Virus record (IMG/VR): IMGVR_UViG_3300048080_000098
Coordinates: 1 to 36,018 of that record
Strand: one strand, 5' to 3'
DNA: 36,018 bases
DNA from: a virus
Taxonomy: Duplodnaviria; Caudoviricetes
The notes under the pieces were generated by a model, which ran no database searches, had not been told where the DNA came from, and saw nothing but the letters and a program-made list of their open reading frames with translations. This document shows positions 1-9,246 of this stretch, one piece after another (position 1 is the first letter of the stretch; the number at the start of each line of letters is the position of its first letter). The position numbers and the translations under genes were made by a program.

Positions 1-236
1 TACATCGGTGCCTGCAAGCTCTGCGCCTGCGAGTCCCGCTACGGCGAGGAACTGTCGATTCCTGATCCCGCCCTCCAGCATCAGAACGCCATGCTGCACC
101 GCGTGGCGATCTTGGCGGTAGAGGAGGCGCGGCGAATCGTTCTGGCGGAAGGCTGGACAGAATACAACCACCTCGCTCTCCTCGCCCGCAACATTGCCAA
201 GCGCGAACAGCTGCCCGCCACGCCCGACGATGGCGC
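1..236. repeat. Terminal direct repeat, copy 1 (circular overlap)
   Basis: Identical to 35783-36018 except A109 vs T35891. Confidence 0.97.
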
Positions 237-813
237 AGAGCGCCCATTGCCCTCACCAGGGATGGACGCGCCTGCGCCCGACGAGAGGCAGGCGATGCCT
301 GCGCAGCGACTGCTGAACCGATGCGAGGAAGTCATGCTTGCCGCCGAACTTAGAATGGTCGGGCCATACCCTCACGGATGGCATGACGTACTGCGTGACC
401 TGAACAACCTCCTTCGTCCCGCAGAGCGCGAGCCGGTAACACAGGGCTTCCGCCAGGACGCCGAGAGCCTCAGCGCGCTACACGCTGACGCGGAGGGGGC
501 GACGGAGCAACCTAAGCTGCAAGCCACGCCACTGTTCGCGGAAAAAGCGGCGGCTCTCGCGCCGGAGCGCCGGCCGCCCTCCCTCCTCGACCGCGCGCGC
601 GAGATGCAGGCGACGCTACGGGAGATCGTGACGAAGGCGGAAGCGTGTGTGCAGTGCAGCGAGCCGCTGCTTCTTGGCGGCCATCATATGAACGCCATCA
701 TGTGGGGCGGTGGCCATCCGTACGAGCCCCGCAACCGCAACCTCCGCGACCTCGCCGCTGCCATGCGCGACAACATGGACGAGCTGCTGCGCGAGCTGGA
801 GGCGATGGGATGA
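1..813 (+). CDS. 3' part of a ~343-aa hypothetical protein starting at 35564 and spanning the circular junction
   Basis: Position 1 TAC is in frame with ATG 35564 and with the track ORF 91..813. Contains CxxC motifs. Confidence 0.75.
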   Translation, partial: YIGACKLCACESRYGEELSIPDPALQHQNAMLHRVAILAVEEARRIVLAEGWTEYNHLALLARNIAKREQLPATPDDGAERPLPSPGMDAPAPDERQAMPAQRLLNRCEEVMLAAELRMVGPYPHGWHDVLRDLNNLLRPAEREPVTQGFRQDAESLSALHADAEGATEQPKLQATPLFAEKAAALAPERRPPSLLDRAREMQATLREIVTKAEACVQCSEPLLLGGHHMNAIMWGGGHPYEPRNRNLRDLAAAMRDNMDELLRELEAMG

Positions 814-1055
814 GGCGAATAGAACTGATCTGTCCAGAATGCAAGTCCTTACGCCGCCATCATCGACGCCAAGCTCACGGAGGGACTATGAGCGAGCCAC
901 AGACCTGCGCTGTTTCCTGGTGCCGCCACGCGGCGCACGGCGACGCGAAGTGCACCGCGCGCAACTGGAAGATGGCGGGTATGCATTGGTGCGCGTGCTA
1001 CGGCGAGGCGGCGCAAGCCGCTTACGAAGAACGTGTGCGCGAGCGCGTCTCATGA
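810..1055 (+). CDS. Small Cys/His-rich hypothetical protein (alternative start 888)
   Basis: ATGA overlaps at both ends. GGAGG precedes ATG 888. Confidence 0.55.
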   Translation: MRRIELICPECKSLRRHHRRQAHGGTMSEPQTCAVSWCRHAAHGDAKCTARNWKMAGMHWCACYGEAAQAAYEERVRERVS

Positions 1056-1534
1056 ACGCTGCGACGACCAAGGAGCTGGACGTTATTGACGCGCACGATG
1101 CCGCGCTAGTGGCCGAACAACGAGAGCACACGCGGACCGGGCTGATCGCTCGGCTTGTGGAACTGGCGGGGTTGCGCGAGACGCGCGACCAGTATGACCG
1201 CTCCTACAAGGACAAGAGCAGGCCCGTACACCTGTACCTGGAGGCGAACGACGGCGACGTGCTCTACGACGGCGAGCACAACCTGGAGGCGCTGTTGGCC
1301 TCAGGTGGAAGCTCCCTCGAATGGGACTCGAAGACGATGGCGGACGACGCTGACGGGCTGGGCGATCTTGCCTGGCTCGCGCGTCGAGGCCTGCTGGACT
1401 TGAAAGCGAAGGCGCTCAAGGAAGAAGCGGCCAAGACCACGGAGGACGGCGGGCGGGCTCAGCAAATACTGAAGCGCTGGACGTGGGCGGGAAGCCGCTC
1501 GCCCCGGTTCCTGATTCGGGAACGGATGAAGTGA
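1052..1534 (+). CDS. Hypothetical protein upstream of the recombinase
   Basis: ATGA overlap at the start, GTGA overlap at the end, phage-typical codon use. Confidence 0.75.
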   Translation: MNAATTKELDVIDAHDAALVAEQREHTRTGLIARLVELAGLRETRDQYDRSYKDKSRPVHLYLEANDGDVLYDGEHNLEALLASGGSSLEWDSKTMADDADGLGDLAWLARRGLLDLKAKALKEEAAKTTEDGGRAQQILKRWTWAGSRSPRFLIRERMK

Positions 1535-2628
1535 TCGCGTGGCGCTCGCGACGCTTCAGGAGTAAGAGCGATCCGAAGCACTGGCATCGGGTCGAGTACA
1601 ACCGCAGGGACGGGATCGCCGTCTGTACCTGCTTGGGCTATCAGCGACACGCTCGCTGTTGGCATCAAAGGAGAGTTTTGAAGATGGACCAACAAACACA
1701 GGCGCTCACGGTTACGCGCCCCTCGCTCCTGCCGAGCGTTGACGAGATCAAGGTGATGCGCGCCCTCGCCAACGACTTCCTGCAGGCGAAGGGCAAGCTG
1801 TTCCCGAACGCGATCGACTCGCCGGCGATGCTGTACGGCATCATCGAGGCCGGTCGCGAAGTCGGCATCTCGCCGATGGCGGCGATCCGCGAGGTGTTCG
1901 TGGTGAACGGGCGCACCGAGCTGTCGGCGAAGGCGATGGAGGCTGTCGTGATGGCGCGTGAGCCACAGGCGCACTTTGTCTACGAAGTCGAGACTGCCGA
2001 CCAGTGCAAGATCGTCCTGCACCGACCAGGCAAGCAGCCCTGTACATCGGAGTACAAGCTGACCGACGTCCCCGCGAAGCTCAGGAGCAAAGAGACGTGG
2101 AAAGAGTACGGCATCGACATGCTCCGTTGGTTCACCCTCAAGCGCCTCTGCCGGAAGGGAGGCGCCGACCTGATCAACGTCACGGATGGCGTGAGCATCG
2201 GCGCGGCTGCGGAGATCATCGAGTCCACCGACTACGACATCGAGGGCACCGCCGTGGAGGTAATACCGCCGATGCAGGTACAGGCACCGGCACCGACGCA
2301 GAGCGCACCCGTCGAGGACATGCAGATCGACCCTGGAGCAGATGCCCCGTTCCTCTCGCCCACGGGCCAGCTCGATTGGGCGGAGTTCAAGGGCTACCTG
2401 GCCCCGTCGAAGATCGCGGCCCGCGAGCTCGTCGCGGCGATGGGCCTGCCGCCCGCCACGGAAAAGGTGCTGCCTAAAGACCTGCTCTCGTGGCGCTTCG
2501 CCGAGCCTGGCCGGACGCTGATCGGCCTGCTGGAGAGCATCGTCGCAGCTCGCACGCCGGCCCCGGCCACGGACACCGACGCAGGAGCCAAGCAGCCCGA
2601 GCTAGTAGAGGAGGAGATCACCGCATGA
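1531..2628 (+). CDS. RecT/Redbeta-like single-strand annealing protein with N-terminal SWIM-type zinc finger
   Basis: CTCLGYQRHARCWH fits CxCxnCxH. GREVGISPMAAIREVFVVNGR and WKEYGIDML resemble phage RecT-like proteins. Confidence 0.7.
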   Translation: MIAWRSRRFRSKSDPKHWHRVEYNRRDGIAVCTCLGYQRHARCWHQRRVLKMDQQTQALTVTRPSLLPSVDEIKVMRALANDFLQAKGKLFPNAIDSPAMLYGIIEAGREVGISPMAAIREVFVVNGRTELSAKAMEAVVMAREPQAHFVYEVETADQCKIVLHRPGKQPCTSEYKLTDVPAKLRSKETWKEYGIDMLRWFTLKRLCRKGGADLINVTDGVSIGAAAEIIESTDYDIEGTAVEVIPPMQVQAPAPTQSAPVEDMQIDPGADAPFLSPTGQLDWAEFKGYLAPSKIAARELVAAMGLPPATEKVLPKDLLSWRFAEPGRTLIGLLESIVAARTPAPATDTDAGAKQPELVEEEITA

Positions 2629-2858
2629 CCAACCCAGAGACGCAACAGTACATCGCCCTACTTCGCCGCGTGATCCGCCAGCTCGAGCGCGGGGAGCTGG
2701 TCGTCGACGAGTGCGACGTAACGGCGGAGCCGGTCGCCACGGGCGCGACCGACCGCTACGGGCTACCGCGCCACGAATCGCGCATCAGCGCGCTCACGAT
2801 GCGCCTGGGGGCACTAGGAGCCCCACAGGCGGCAGGAGAACCGCACGGAAAGGACTGA
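2625..2858 (+). CDS. Hypothetical protein
   Basis: GGAGG followed by an ATGA overlap. Confidence 0.65.
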   Translation: MTNPETQQYIALLRRVIRQLERGELVVDECDVTAEPVATGATDRYGLPRHESRISALTMRLGALGAPQAAGEPHGKD

Positions 2859-2860
2859 CC

Positions 2861-3082
2861 ATGTCCCTCGATGTTCCGGGAGAAGTCACGAAGATGAACG
2901 TCAAGACCAAGAAGTTCGAGGAGAAGGGCGAGGACGGCACGAAGTACCAGGGCGTCCAGCGCATCGGCGAGGTGACGATCCAGTTCGACGCGGACGAGGT
3001 GAACGTCGGCGAGATCGCCAACCTGATCAATGGGCGCTACTCGATGCTCTCGCTCTCCGACCCGAAGATGCCCCTCGACTGA
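2861..3082 (+). CDS. Hypothetical protein
   Basis: AAGGA SD, strongly GC3-biased codons. Confidence 0.75.
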   Translation: MSLDVPGEVTKMNVKTKKFEEKGEDGTKYQGVQRIGEVTIQFDADEVNVGEIANLINGRYSMLSLSDPKMPLD

Positions 3083-3123
3083 GCCGCCATGCTAGCAGGG
3101 AAGCGCAGCAGGGCAAGGAAGCC

Positions 3124-3411
3124 ATGAGCGACGCAACACTTGTAACGGCGTCTCTGAAAGCGCGAGCCATCTTAGGTGCCATCCCAAACTCAGGATACCC
3201 AGATGGTGACGGCGGGGTTATGTTCCCTGCTCAAGTTGCAGGGCAGCTAGACACGGCGGTTGCCGCTGCGCAGGGCCGCATCGCGGTTCTGGAAGCAGCA
3301 CTGCTAGAGCTTGCGAAGATGGCTGATTTTACCCAAGGCGACCATCTCTTCGGCTTTACCGATAACACTGAGGCGGTGTTGCGAGAACTACTCGACAAGG
3401 GGAAGCCATGA
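3124..3411 (+). CDS. Hypothetical protein
   Basis: AAGGA SD, ATGA overlap at the end. Confidence 0.6.
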   Translation: MSDATLVTASLKARAILGAIPNSGYPDGDGGVMFPAQVAGQLDTAVAAAQGRIAVLEAALLELAKMADFTQGDHLFGFTDNTEAVLRELLDKGKP

Positions 3412-3604
3412 CCCAGCGCCAGGTCCTCGACCGCGTGCACCGTCTCACGCTGGAGCACTAGGAGGAAATGAACATCACCTGCCGTTACCTCATGGTGCGC
3501 TGCGAGCGAGCGCTGGCGACGGATGTGCGGGCAGAGGAGGCGGTGACAGCGTGACAGTAATCAAGCTCGGCAAGGGAACACTCGCCGCGAAAGGAGCGAA
3601 CACG

Positions 3605-4177
3605 ATGACAACCGAAGAGGTCACGACAACTGAAGAGACGGCGGTGGCCGTCGCAGAGAACACCCTGCCCGCGCTGCCCGCCATGCGAGCGATCATCGCG
3701 CCGCCTGGCAACTTCCAGAGCTACATGGAGAAGCTGTGGAAGGAAGCGCACGAGCGGATTTGGGCAGCCGAGAGGAGCGCTAAGGAAGCCGAGCAAGCTC
3801 TCGCCGTCGCTCGCGAAATGGACAGCGACGAAGACCCTGGCAATCAAGAGGGCAAGTGGAGACGCCAGCTTGCGCGTCGCCGCAGGAACATGAAAGTCGC
3901 CGTCGCCTTCCGCGATGCGCTCCAAATAGGATACGTGCCTCTTCCGAGGATGCCAGCGGTTAGTCTCCGCTGGGTCGATGAATTGATGCCCGCCGATGTA
4001 CTGGACGCGATGACAGAGGCCGGGGCCGCAGGTGTCTTCGATGAGTTCCGCGTGGTCAATGGCCGCGAGGCTGATCACGGAGGCTGGCCACAAAGCTCCA
4101 GCGGGCGGGCATATCGTGATCCAATTCTTGTCGGCATGATCGGCAACGAGATGTTCGCCGTCGCGTGGTGGCGCTGA
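3605..4177 (+). CDS. Hypothetical protein (coiled coil; C-terminal DPILVG motif)
   Basis: AAGGAG SD before ATG 3605, within track ORF 3311..4177. Confidence 0.75.
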   Translation: MTTEEVTTTEETAVAVAENTLPALPAMRAIIAPPGNFQSYMEKLWKEAHERIWAAERSAKEAEQALAVAREMDSDEDPGNQEGKWRRQLARRRRNMKVAVAFRDALQIGYVPLPRMPAVSLRWVDELMPADVLDAMTEAGAAGVFDEFRVVNGREADHGGWPQSSSGRAYRDPILVGMIGNEMFAVAWWR

Positions 4178-4185
4178 GCCACGCC

Positions 4186-4479
4186 ATGAGCGACCCACTA
4201 CGCGACGCCTGCGACGCGGCTGCGGCAGAGATTCGTGCGCACATCGGTTTCCCCGAAGCGGGCTACGAACAAGTGGCCGCTGATTGTGTCTACGTTACAC
4301 TCGCGCCGCTGGTCGCCGAGCACGACGCCGCGCGCGAGCGGCTGGTGAGTGCAGGGGGGCACGTTGCGCGGCGATTAACATTGAGGCGGTTCAGAAGGAG
4401 CGCCGGCGACGTGCAGGCACTGGAGGCGTGGCACGCCGCCTCCGCGCCGTTCAGCGAGCCCACGAGCGAGGGGGCGTGA
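4186..4479 (+). CDS. Hypothetical protein
   Basis: Fits the operon; TGATG coupling to the next gene. Confidence 0.6.
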   Translation: MSDPLRDACDAAAAEIRAHIGFPEAGYEQVAADCVYVTLAPLVAEHDAARERLVSAGGHVARRLTLRRFRRSAGDVQALEAWHAASAPFSEPTSEGA

Positions 4480-4673
4480 TGGCGCGGACGCGCAAGCGGC
4501 AGCTCGCTGCTATTGGCTGGGTCGTGATGGGGCCTGATCCGCATCTCGCTACGTGCCAGCGCTGCGGCAAGCAGGAGTCGATGCCTGCGCTACCGATGCC
4601 GCTCGATGCGCTTCCGCCGTTGCTCGAACATGTGATGCTCTTACACGCTCTTTGTGAGGAGGAGGCGTCGTGA
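4479..4673 (+). CDS. Small CxxC-containing hypothetical protein
   Basis: TGATG couplings at both ends. Confidence 0.6.
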   Translation: MARTRKRQLAAIGWVVMGPDPHLATCQRCGKQESMPALPMPLDALPPLLEHVMLLHALCEEEAS

Positions 4674-4783
4674 TGCTGCCCGCCGAGCACTCACCATCTC
4701 GCTGTGTTCACTGCTGGCACCCGACCCACAAGCGAGGCTACGAGCGTTGCTGCAAGTGCCTGAACGAGCGAGGGAGCAAGTGA
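4673..4783 (+). CDS. 36-aa Cys-rich peptide (MLPAEHSPSRCVHCWH...)
   Basis: Translated by hand. GGAGG SD, coupled start and stop. Confidence 0.5.
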   Translation: MLPAEHSPSRCVHCWHPTHKRGYERCCKCLNERGSK

Positions 4784-4929
4784 AAGTCCCCAAGCGCAAC
4801 GTCTCGTCCGTCTGGTGCGGAGCGATGCCTCGCGTAGGTTCAGGGCGGCACATGCGGTTCTGCGCCGCCTGTCGCCGCGTGAAGCGGCTGTATTGGCAGG
4901 TGGTGGCTCAGCAAAGGAGCGCGGGATGA
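4780..4929 (+). CDS. Small basic Cys-containing protein
   Basis: GTGA and ATGA overlaps. Confidence 0.5.
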   Translation: MKVPKRNVSSVWCGAMPRVGSGRHMRFCAACRRVKRLYWQVVAQQRSAG

Positions 4930-5108
4930 GGCGAACCGATGGCCACAAGGCGGGTTGCCAGAATCCCAAGGATGTGCGAGCGCTGGGTTGGGGCGCACGG
5001 CGCGCGGGAATCATGATTATCCCCGTGGAATGCAAGAGCTGCGGCGCGCATCTCGACGTGGCCTACGAATGGTACGGAGACAATGAGGAGCAAGGGAGCG
5101 CGGGATGA
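4926..5108 (+). CDS. Small zinc-ribbon-like protein
   Basis: ATGA overlaps, HxxxC and CxxC motifs, flanked by 19-bp near-repeats. Confidence 0.6.
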   Translation: MRRTDGHKAGCQNPKDVRALGWGARRAGIMIIPVECKSCGAHLDVAYEWYGDNEEQGSAG

Positions 5109-5428
5109 CGGCGCGCAACGTGCTCGACAAGGCGATGAGCGAGGACGAGTACGTGGCGCAGATCATCGACCTCGCCGAGACGTGCGGTTGGTCTGTTTGG
5201 CACGACAACGACTCGCGCCGTAACGATGCTGGGTTCCCGGATTGGGAGTTGCTCAGGGGGCCGGACATGCTCCGGCTCGAAGTGAAGTCCGAGACAGGCG
5301 TCGTGCAGCCCGCTCAGCGGGCATACATCGCACGGTTGCAACAGATCAAGTTTGTCTATGCGGCTGTCGTGCGGCCCTCTGATGCTGACGAGCTGTTCCG
5401 CGTACTGAAAGCGAGGACCAGGGAGTGA
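5105..5428 (+). CDS. VRR-NUC family PD-(D/E)xK nuclease (putative Holliday junction resolvase)
   Basis: GFPD...LEVK..G....Q motif. Confidence 0.85.
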   Translation: MTARNVLDKAMSEDEYVAQIIDLAETCGWSVWHDNDSRRNDAGFPDWELLRGPDMLRLEVKSETGVVQPAQRAYIARLQQIKFVYAAVVRPSDADELFRVLKARTRE

Positions 5429-5496
5429 CCTTAATGCCTCCTGTGAGTGCGGCGAACAGATCATGATCGCCGCGGAGCCGTTCAAGGAGGACGACG

Positions 5497-5646
5497 ATGG
5501 AGCAGATATGTGATGGCTGCTCGCTTGCGAGCGCCGACGCTGAGTTCGACGACTGCGAATATTGCGGCGGGCACTTCTGCTTTGACTGCTACTCGCAGTA
5601 CCACGGCTCGAACTGCGAGGAGCGTGACACTGGAGCACAGAGCTGA
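5497..5646 (+). CDS. 49-aa zinc-finger-like protein
   Basis: AAGGAGG SD; MEQICDGC...CEYC..HFCFDC....H...C translated by hand. Confidence 0.65.
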   Translation: MEQICDGCSLASADAEFDDCEYCGGHFCFDCYSQYHGSNCEERDTGAQS

Positions 5647-5715
5647 GGTTCGCCGCCGCCCTGCTCTGCGCGATAGTCGCGGTGGGCACGGTGGCCACGG
5701 GAGACGGAGGGAACG

Positions 5716-6051
5716 ATGGAGCAAGCAGCGGAAATCATGTTGTACGCGCTGGCGGCGATTGGGGCGTGGCACTTGGTCGGCCTGGAGCCGATAGTGCCGT
5801 GGCTACGTCGACGCCGCGCCCAGCGCACCCAGGCGGGCGTCGCTTATGGCGGTAACTATGTCCGCCTGCCAACGGTGCGCCTCCTCGCCGACCGCGTAGA
5901 CGACATCGCCCTCCTCAAGCGCTGCCTGGAGGCGCTAGGAAGAGATGGCCACCGTTTTCCCGCGAACCACAACCACATTGGGCCAGATCGTTCCTGTACA
6001 TCGTGCGACCTTGGCGCCGACCTCCGCGCCGCCCTCAAGGAGCGAGCGTGA
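5716..6051 (+). CDS. Hypothetical protein with N-terminal hydrophobic segment
   Basis: GGAGG SD, TGATG coupling. Confidence 0.65.
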   Translation: MEQAAEIMLYALAAIGAWHLVGLEPIVPWLRRRRAQRTQAGVAYGGNYVRLPTVRLLADRVDDIALLKRCLEALGRDGHRFPANHNHIGPDRSCTSCDLGADLRAALKERA

Positions 6052-6347
6052 TGGCTGAGCCGCGCTGCACCTGCCCGCCAGCGCGCGACTGCGTAGCGCA
6101 CAACTGCCGCTACTGCGAAGGCGTGACGATGCGCTGGTACGACGGCCCTGTGTGGCGTCCCTGCCACTACTGCGGCACGACCGGCACCGACCACACGTCG
6201 CCCTGCTGGATCGAGTGGCCCACCGCTTCAGGGCCGTACACCTCGTCCTGCACAACGCCCGTGGCGTGGGCGGCGAAGTATTGCCGAGCCGTGGACTGCC
6301 GCAAGCGGACGCAGCAAGGAGTGCTGCCGCTGGAGACGGCCCCGTGA
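6051..6347 (+). CDS. Cys-rich hypothetical protein
   Basis: AAGGAG SD, several CxxC motifs. Confidence 0.6.
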   Translation: MAEPRCTCPPARDCVAHNCRYCEGVTMRWYDGPVWRPCHYCGTTGTDHTSPCWIEWPTASGPYTSSCTTPVAWAAKYCRAVDCRKRTQQGVLPLETAP

Positions 6348-6393
6348 GCAACGAGCAACGCGTTGGTGGGCTGATCCGCACGATGGTCACGAA

Positions 6394-6585
6394 ATGCCCA
6401 ATGTCTGCGTCGGCTGTCTCATGCTCGACCCTGACCTGACGCCGCACCAGAACATGACCGAAGCCTACGAGCTGGGCTATCACGACGGCGCTGGGCACCC
6501 GGACGGGCCAGGACCGTGCCCCAAGTGCTACCCGCCATCACCCGGCGTGAGCCGCGATCTTGCGATGCTGGGGCGCGAGGCGTGA
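6394..6585 (+). CDS. Small CxxC-containing hypothetical protein
   Basis: Track ORF, two CxxC motifs. Confidence 0.5.
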   Translation: MPNVCVGCLMLDPDLTPHQNMTEAYELGYHDGAGHPDGPGPCPKCYPPSPGVSRDLAMLGREA

Positions 6586-6756
6586 GGCGCCGCGGCGCGC
6601 GCAGCTCCTCGCCATGATCGCCGAGAGAGGCGAGATTCACCTACACCAGGTTCAGTCGACTTCGCGCTTCATGGCCTGGGTAGCGAGGCAGAGAAGGACG
6701 AAGCTCTGCGCTGACCCCGAGCGCTGCCTGCGGCTCACGCTCAAGGTGGCGGGACG

Positions 6757-8107
6757 GTGAGGCCGTACTACGAGGATGCCGATGGCATGGGCACGCTCTA
6801 CCAGGGCGACGTGCTGGCGACGTTGGCCGGCCTCGACGCCGAGAGCGTGTCCTGCTGCGTCACGTCGCCGCCCTACTGGAGCCTTCGCAAGTATGACGCG
6901 GAGGATGTGACGTGGGGCGGTGAGGCGGGGTGCGAGCATGAATGGGCACAACAGCATCACGATCCACACCCTGGCCAAGTAGCGGATTCGATGCACCCAC
7001 CTTCAAAAGAACAGATGGCACAAGGACGCGTCCACGAAACCGCCACCTGCGCCCGCTGTGGCGCGTGGCGCGGGCAGTTTGGCCTCGAACCCACGCCGGA
7101 GCTTTACGTCGAGCACACGCTAACCGTGCTGCGCGCTATCCGGCGCGTGCTCCGGCCCGATGGCGTCGTGTGGTGGAACATCGGGGATGGGTACTCTGGC
7201 TCTTGGGGCAATTTCGGCGCTCGTGATGGGCAGCAGCGAACGCTCCGCAAGGAACGCTACCCGCGCGACGCCTGGGAGGACAATAAGGGGCGCCCGCCGA
7301 GTGCTGATGGGCACGCGACCCTCAAGCCCAAAGACCTCGTGCTGATGCCGCAGCGCGTCGCGCTCGCCGCGCAAGCGGACGGCTGGTGGGTGCGCTCGAT
7401 GATCGTGTGGGCGAAGCCGAACGCGATGCCGGAGAGCGTCAAGGATCGCCCGACCGACGCTCACGAATACGTCATTATGCTGACGCGCTCGGCGAGATAT
7501 TTCTACGACCAGGAGGCGGTGCGCGAAGGGCTGGCTGAAAGCACCTTGAATGATGGCACCAAGACGTTCGTGAACCATACGACAGGCCGCAACCTCCGTT
7601 CTGTCTGGACGTTCCCGACGGCGCAGACGCCGGAGGCCCACTTCGCAACTTTTCCGACTGAACTCCCCCGCCGCTGCATCGAGGCATCGTGCCCGAAGGA
7701 AATCTGCTCAGCGTGCGGCAAGGCGCGCGTGCGGGTGGTGGAACGTAAGGGTCTGGCCGAACATCCCGCACCTTGTTGCGGACGTTTCGGTTCGCCCGTG
7801 CAGTCCGCGACTCGACGCTCGGCCTGGGCCGACTACGACGGCAGCGACGGCTATGGTCGCTGATGACGAGACCATCGGCTACACCGATTGCGGCTGCGGC
7901 GCGCCGTTCGTCCCTGGCGTCGTCCTCGATCCGTTCGCCGGTGTGGGTACCTCGCTTTACGTTGCGCGCCAACTCGGGCGGCGCTACGTCGGTATCGAGC
8001 TGTCGGAGCCCTACGCTGCGATGGCGGCCGAGAAGCTGCGGCGCTGGTGGGACGCGCCCAGCGTGACGGAGCGTGCGGCACCGGACGCCCAGGCGGTGCT
8101 GCTGTGA
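6757..8107 (+). pseudogene. Beta-class (N4-C/N6-A) DNA methyltransferase split by a +1 frameshift near 7770-7860
   Basis: The first frame carries TSPPYW, IVWAKPN, HFATFP and stops at 7863. The SAM-binding motif VLDPFAGVGT...GIEL lies in 7853..8107. Confidence 0.85.
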
Positions 8108-8367
8108 GCGACTGGAAGGTGCGCTGTGAGCAGTGTGGGCATGAGAACGACCTGCCCGAGACGATGAAGCGCTCGATTATCAAGATATATGAGGCGGCGA
8201 CGGGCAAGGTGCTGCTGCCGGAGCCCGGCGCCCGGCACAAGCGCAGGGAGATGACGCCATTCGGGCGGGACCGCTTCCAGGCGCTCTGCGGCTACCAGAG
8301 CAGGACGGCAGGGGAGCTGCATTGGAGCTGCGTGACCTGCCGGCAGTGCTTGGAGCGGCGGCGGTGA
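8104..8367 (+). CDS. Small Cys-rich hypothetical protein
   Basis: GTGA overlaps at both ends. Confidence 0.6.
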   Translation: MSDWKVRCEQCGHENDLPETMKRSIIKIYEAATGKVLLPEPGARHKRREMTPFGRDRFQALCGYQSRTAGELHWSCVTCRQCLERRR

Positions 8368-9035
8368 CGCCGTACTTCCAGGATGACGCGGTCACGATCT
8401 ACTTGGGCGATTGCCGAGAGGTGTTGCCGACGCTGGGCCCGGTGGACTTGGTGCTGACCGACCCGCCGTTCTATCTTCCAGCCCGCATTTCTGCAAGTCG
8501 CCGCGAGTGGCCCAGGAGCATCGGCAATCTCGGCGTCATGTTTAGCTACTTCAGTGATCGATTCAGTGAGCTGCGAGCAATGCTGCGCTCCACAGGGGCG
8601 TTCTATTCGTTCAGTGATAGCGTGTCCTACGCCGTGTTCGTAGCGATCTGCTATCCCTTGTTTGATCGAACACAGGCGGTGGTGTGGGACAAGAAGGTCG
8701 GTGGGATGGGCAATGGCTGGCGGCATTCCAACGAACTGATTTTGCACGGGGCGCTGACTGAGACGGCATACGCCGATGGCTTTAGGCGTGATGTCATCGC
8801 GGAGCCGCCGCCGGTGCCTTCCAGTAAGCGGCTGGCCGCATCCCAGAAGCCGCTGCCACTGATCACTGCGCTAATCAGTGCCCATCCTACTGGCCTCATC
8901 CTCGATCCCTTCATGGGCTCCGGCACAACACTGCGCGCTGCGAAGGACTTAGGCCGCAAGGCCATCGGCATCGAGATCGAGGAACGCTACTGCGAGATCG
9001 CAGCCAAGCGGATGAGCCAAGGAGTGCTGCTGTGA
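8364..9035 (+). CDS. Beta-class DNA methyltransferase (probably N6-adenine)
   Basis: TDPPF catalytic motif, QKP, ILDPFMGSGTT, GIEIEERYC. Confidence 0.92.
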   Translation: MTPYFQDDAVTIYLGDCREVLPTLGPVDLVLTDPPFYLPARISASRREWPRSIGNLGVMFSYFSDRFSELRAMLRSTGAFYSFSDSVSYAVFVAICYPLFDRTQAVVWDKKVGGMGNGWRHSNELILHGALTETAYADGFRRDVIAEPPPVPSSKRLAASQKPLPLITALISAHPTGLILDPFMGSGTTLRAAKDLGRKAIGIEIEERYCEIAAKRMSQGVLL

Positions 9036-9105
9036 CGCTCTCCATGGAGAGACGCCAAGGCGCAGAGGAGCGCCACGCCACACGCTTCCGGCCGGGGCCG
9101 GCGGG

Positions 9106-9240
9106 TGGTAGAATGGTAGTAGGTGAGAACGTCGGGCACGGAGATCGTGTCCCCTGCTATAGTAGCCAAGCCCCCATCGATACCCGGCGTTCTCACCAAA
9201 CACCGGTCTCTGTCGGTGGGGGCTTTGCTGTTATGGAGGG
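9106..9240 (+). promoter_or_regulatory. Extended -10 promoter (TGGTAGAAT) and structured leader with alternative helices
   Basis: 9122-9136 pairs with 9183-9197; 9168-9180 pairs with 9213-9225. Confidence 0.65.
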
Positions 9241-9246
9241 AGCCAC

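Noticed and set aside
1-236. Diversity-generating retroelement TR/VR pair (repeat differing at an A)
   Set aside because: Only one mismatch, terminal position, and no reverse transcriptase in the genome.
3408-3554. Amber (TAG) recoding, suggested by in-frame TAGs here and at 10035
   Set aside because: Capsid, protease, tail tube and tape measure genes end at TAG at their expected C-termini, and long conserved genes contain no internal TAG.
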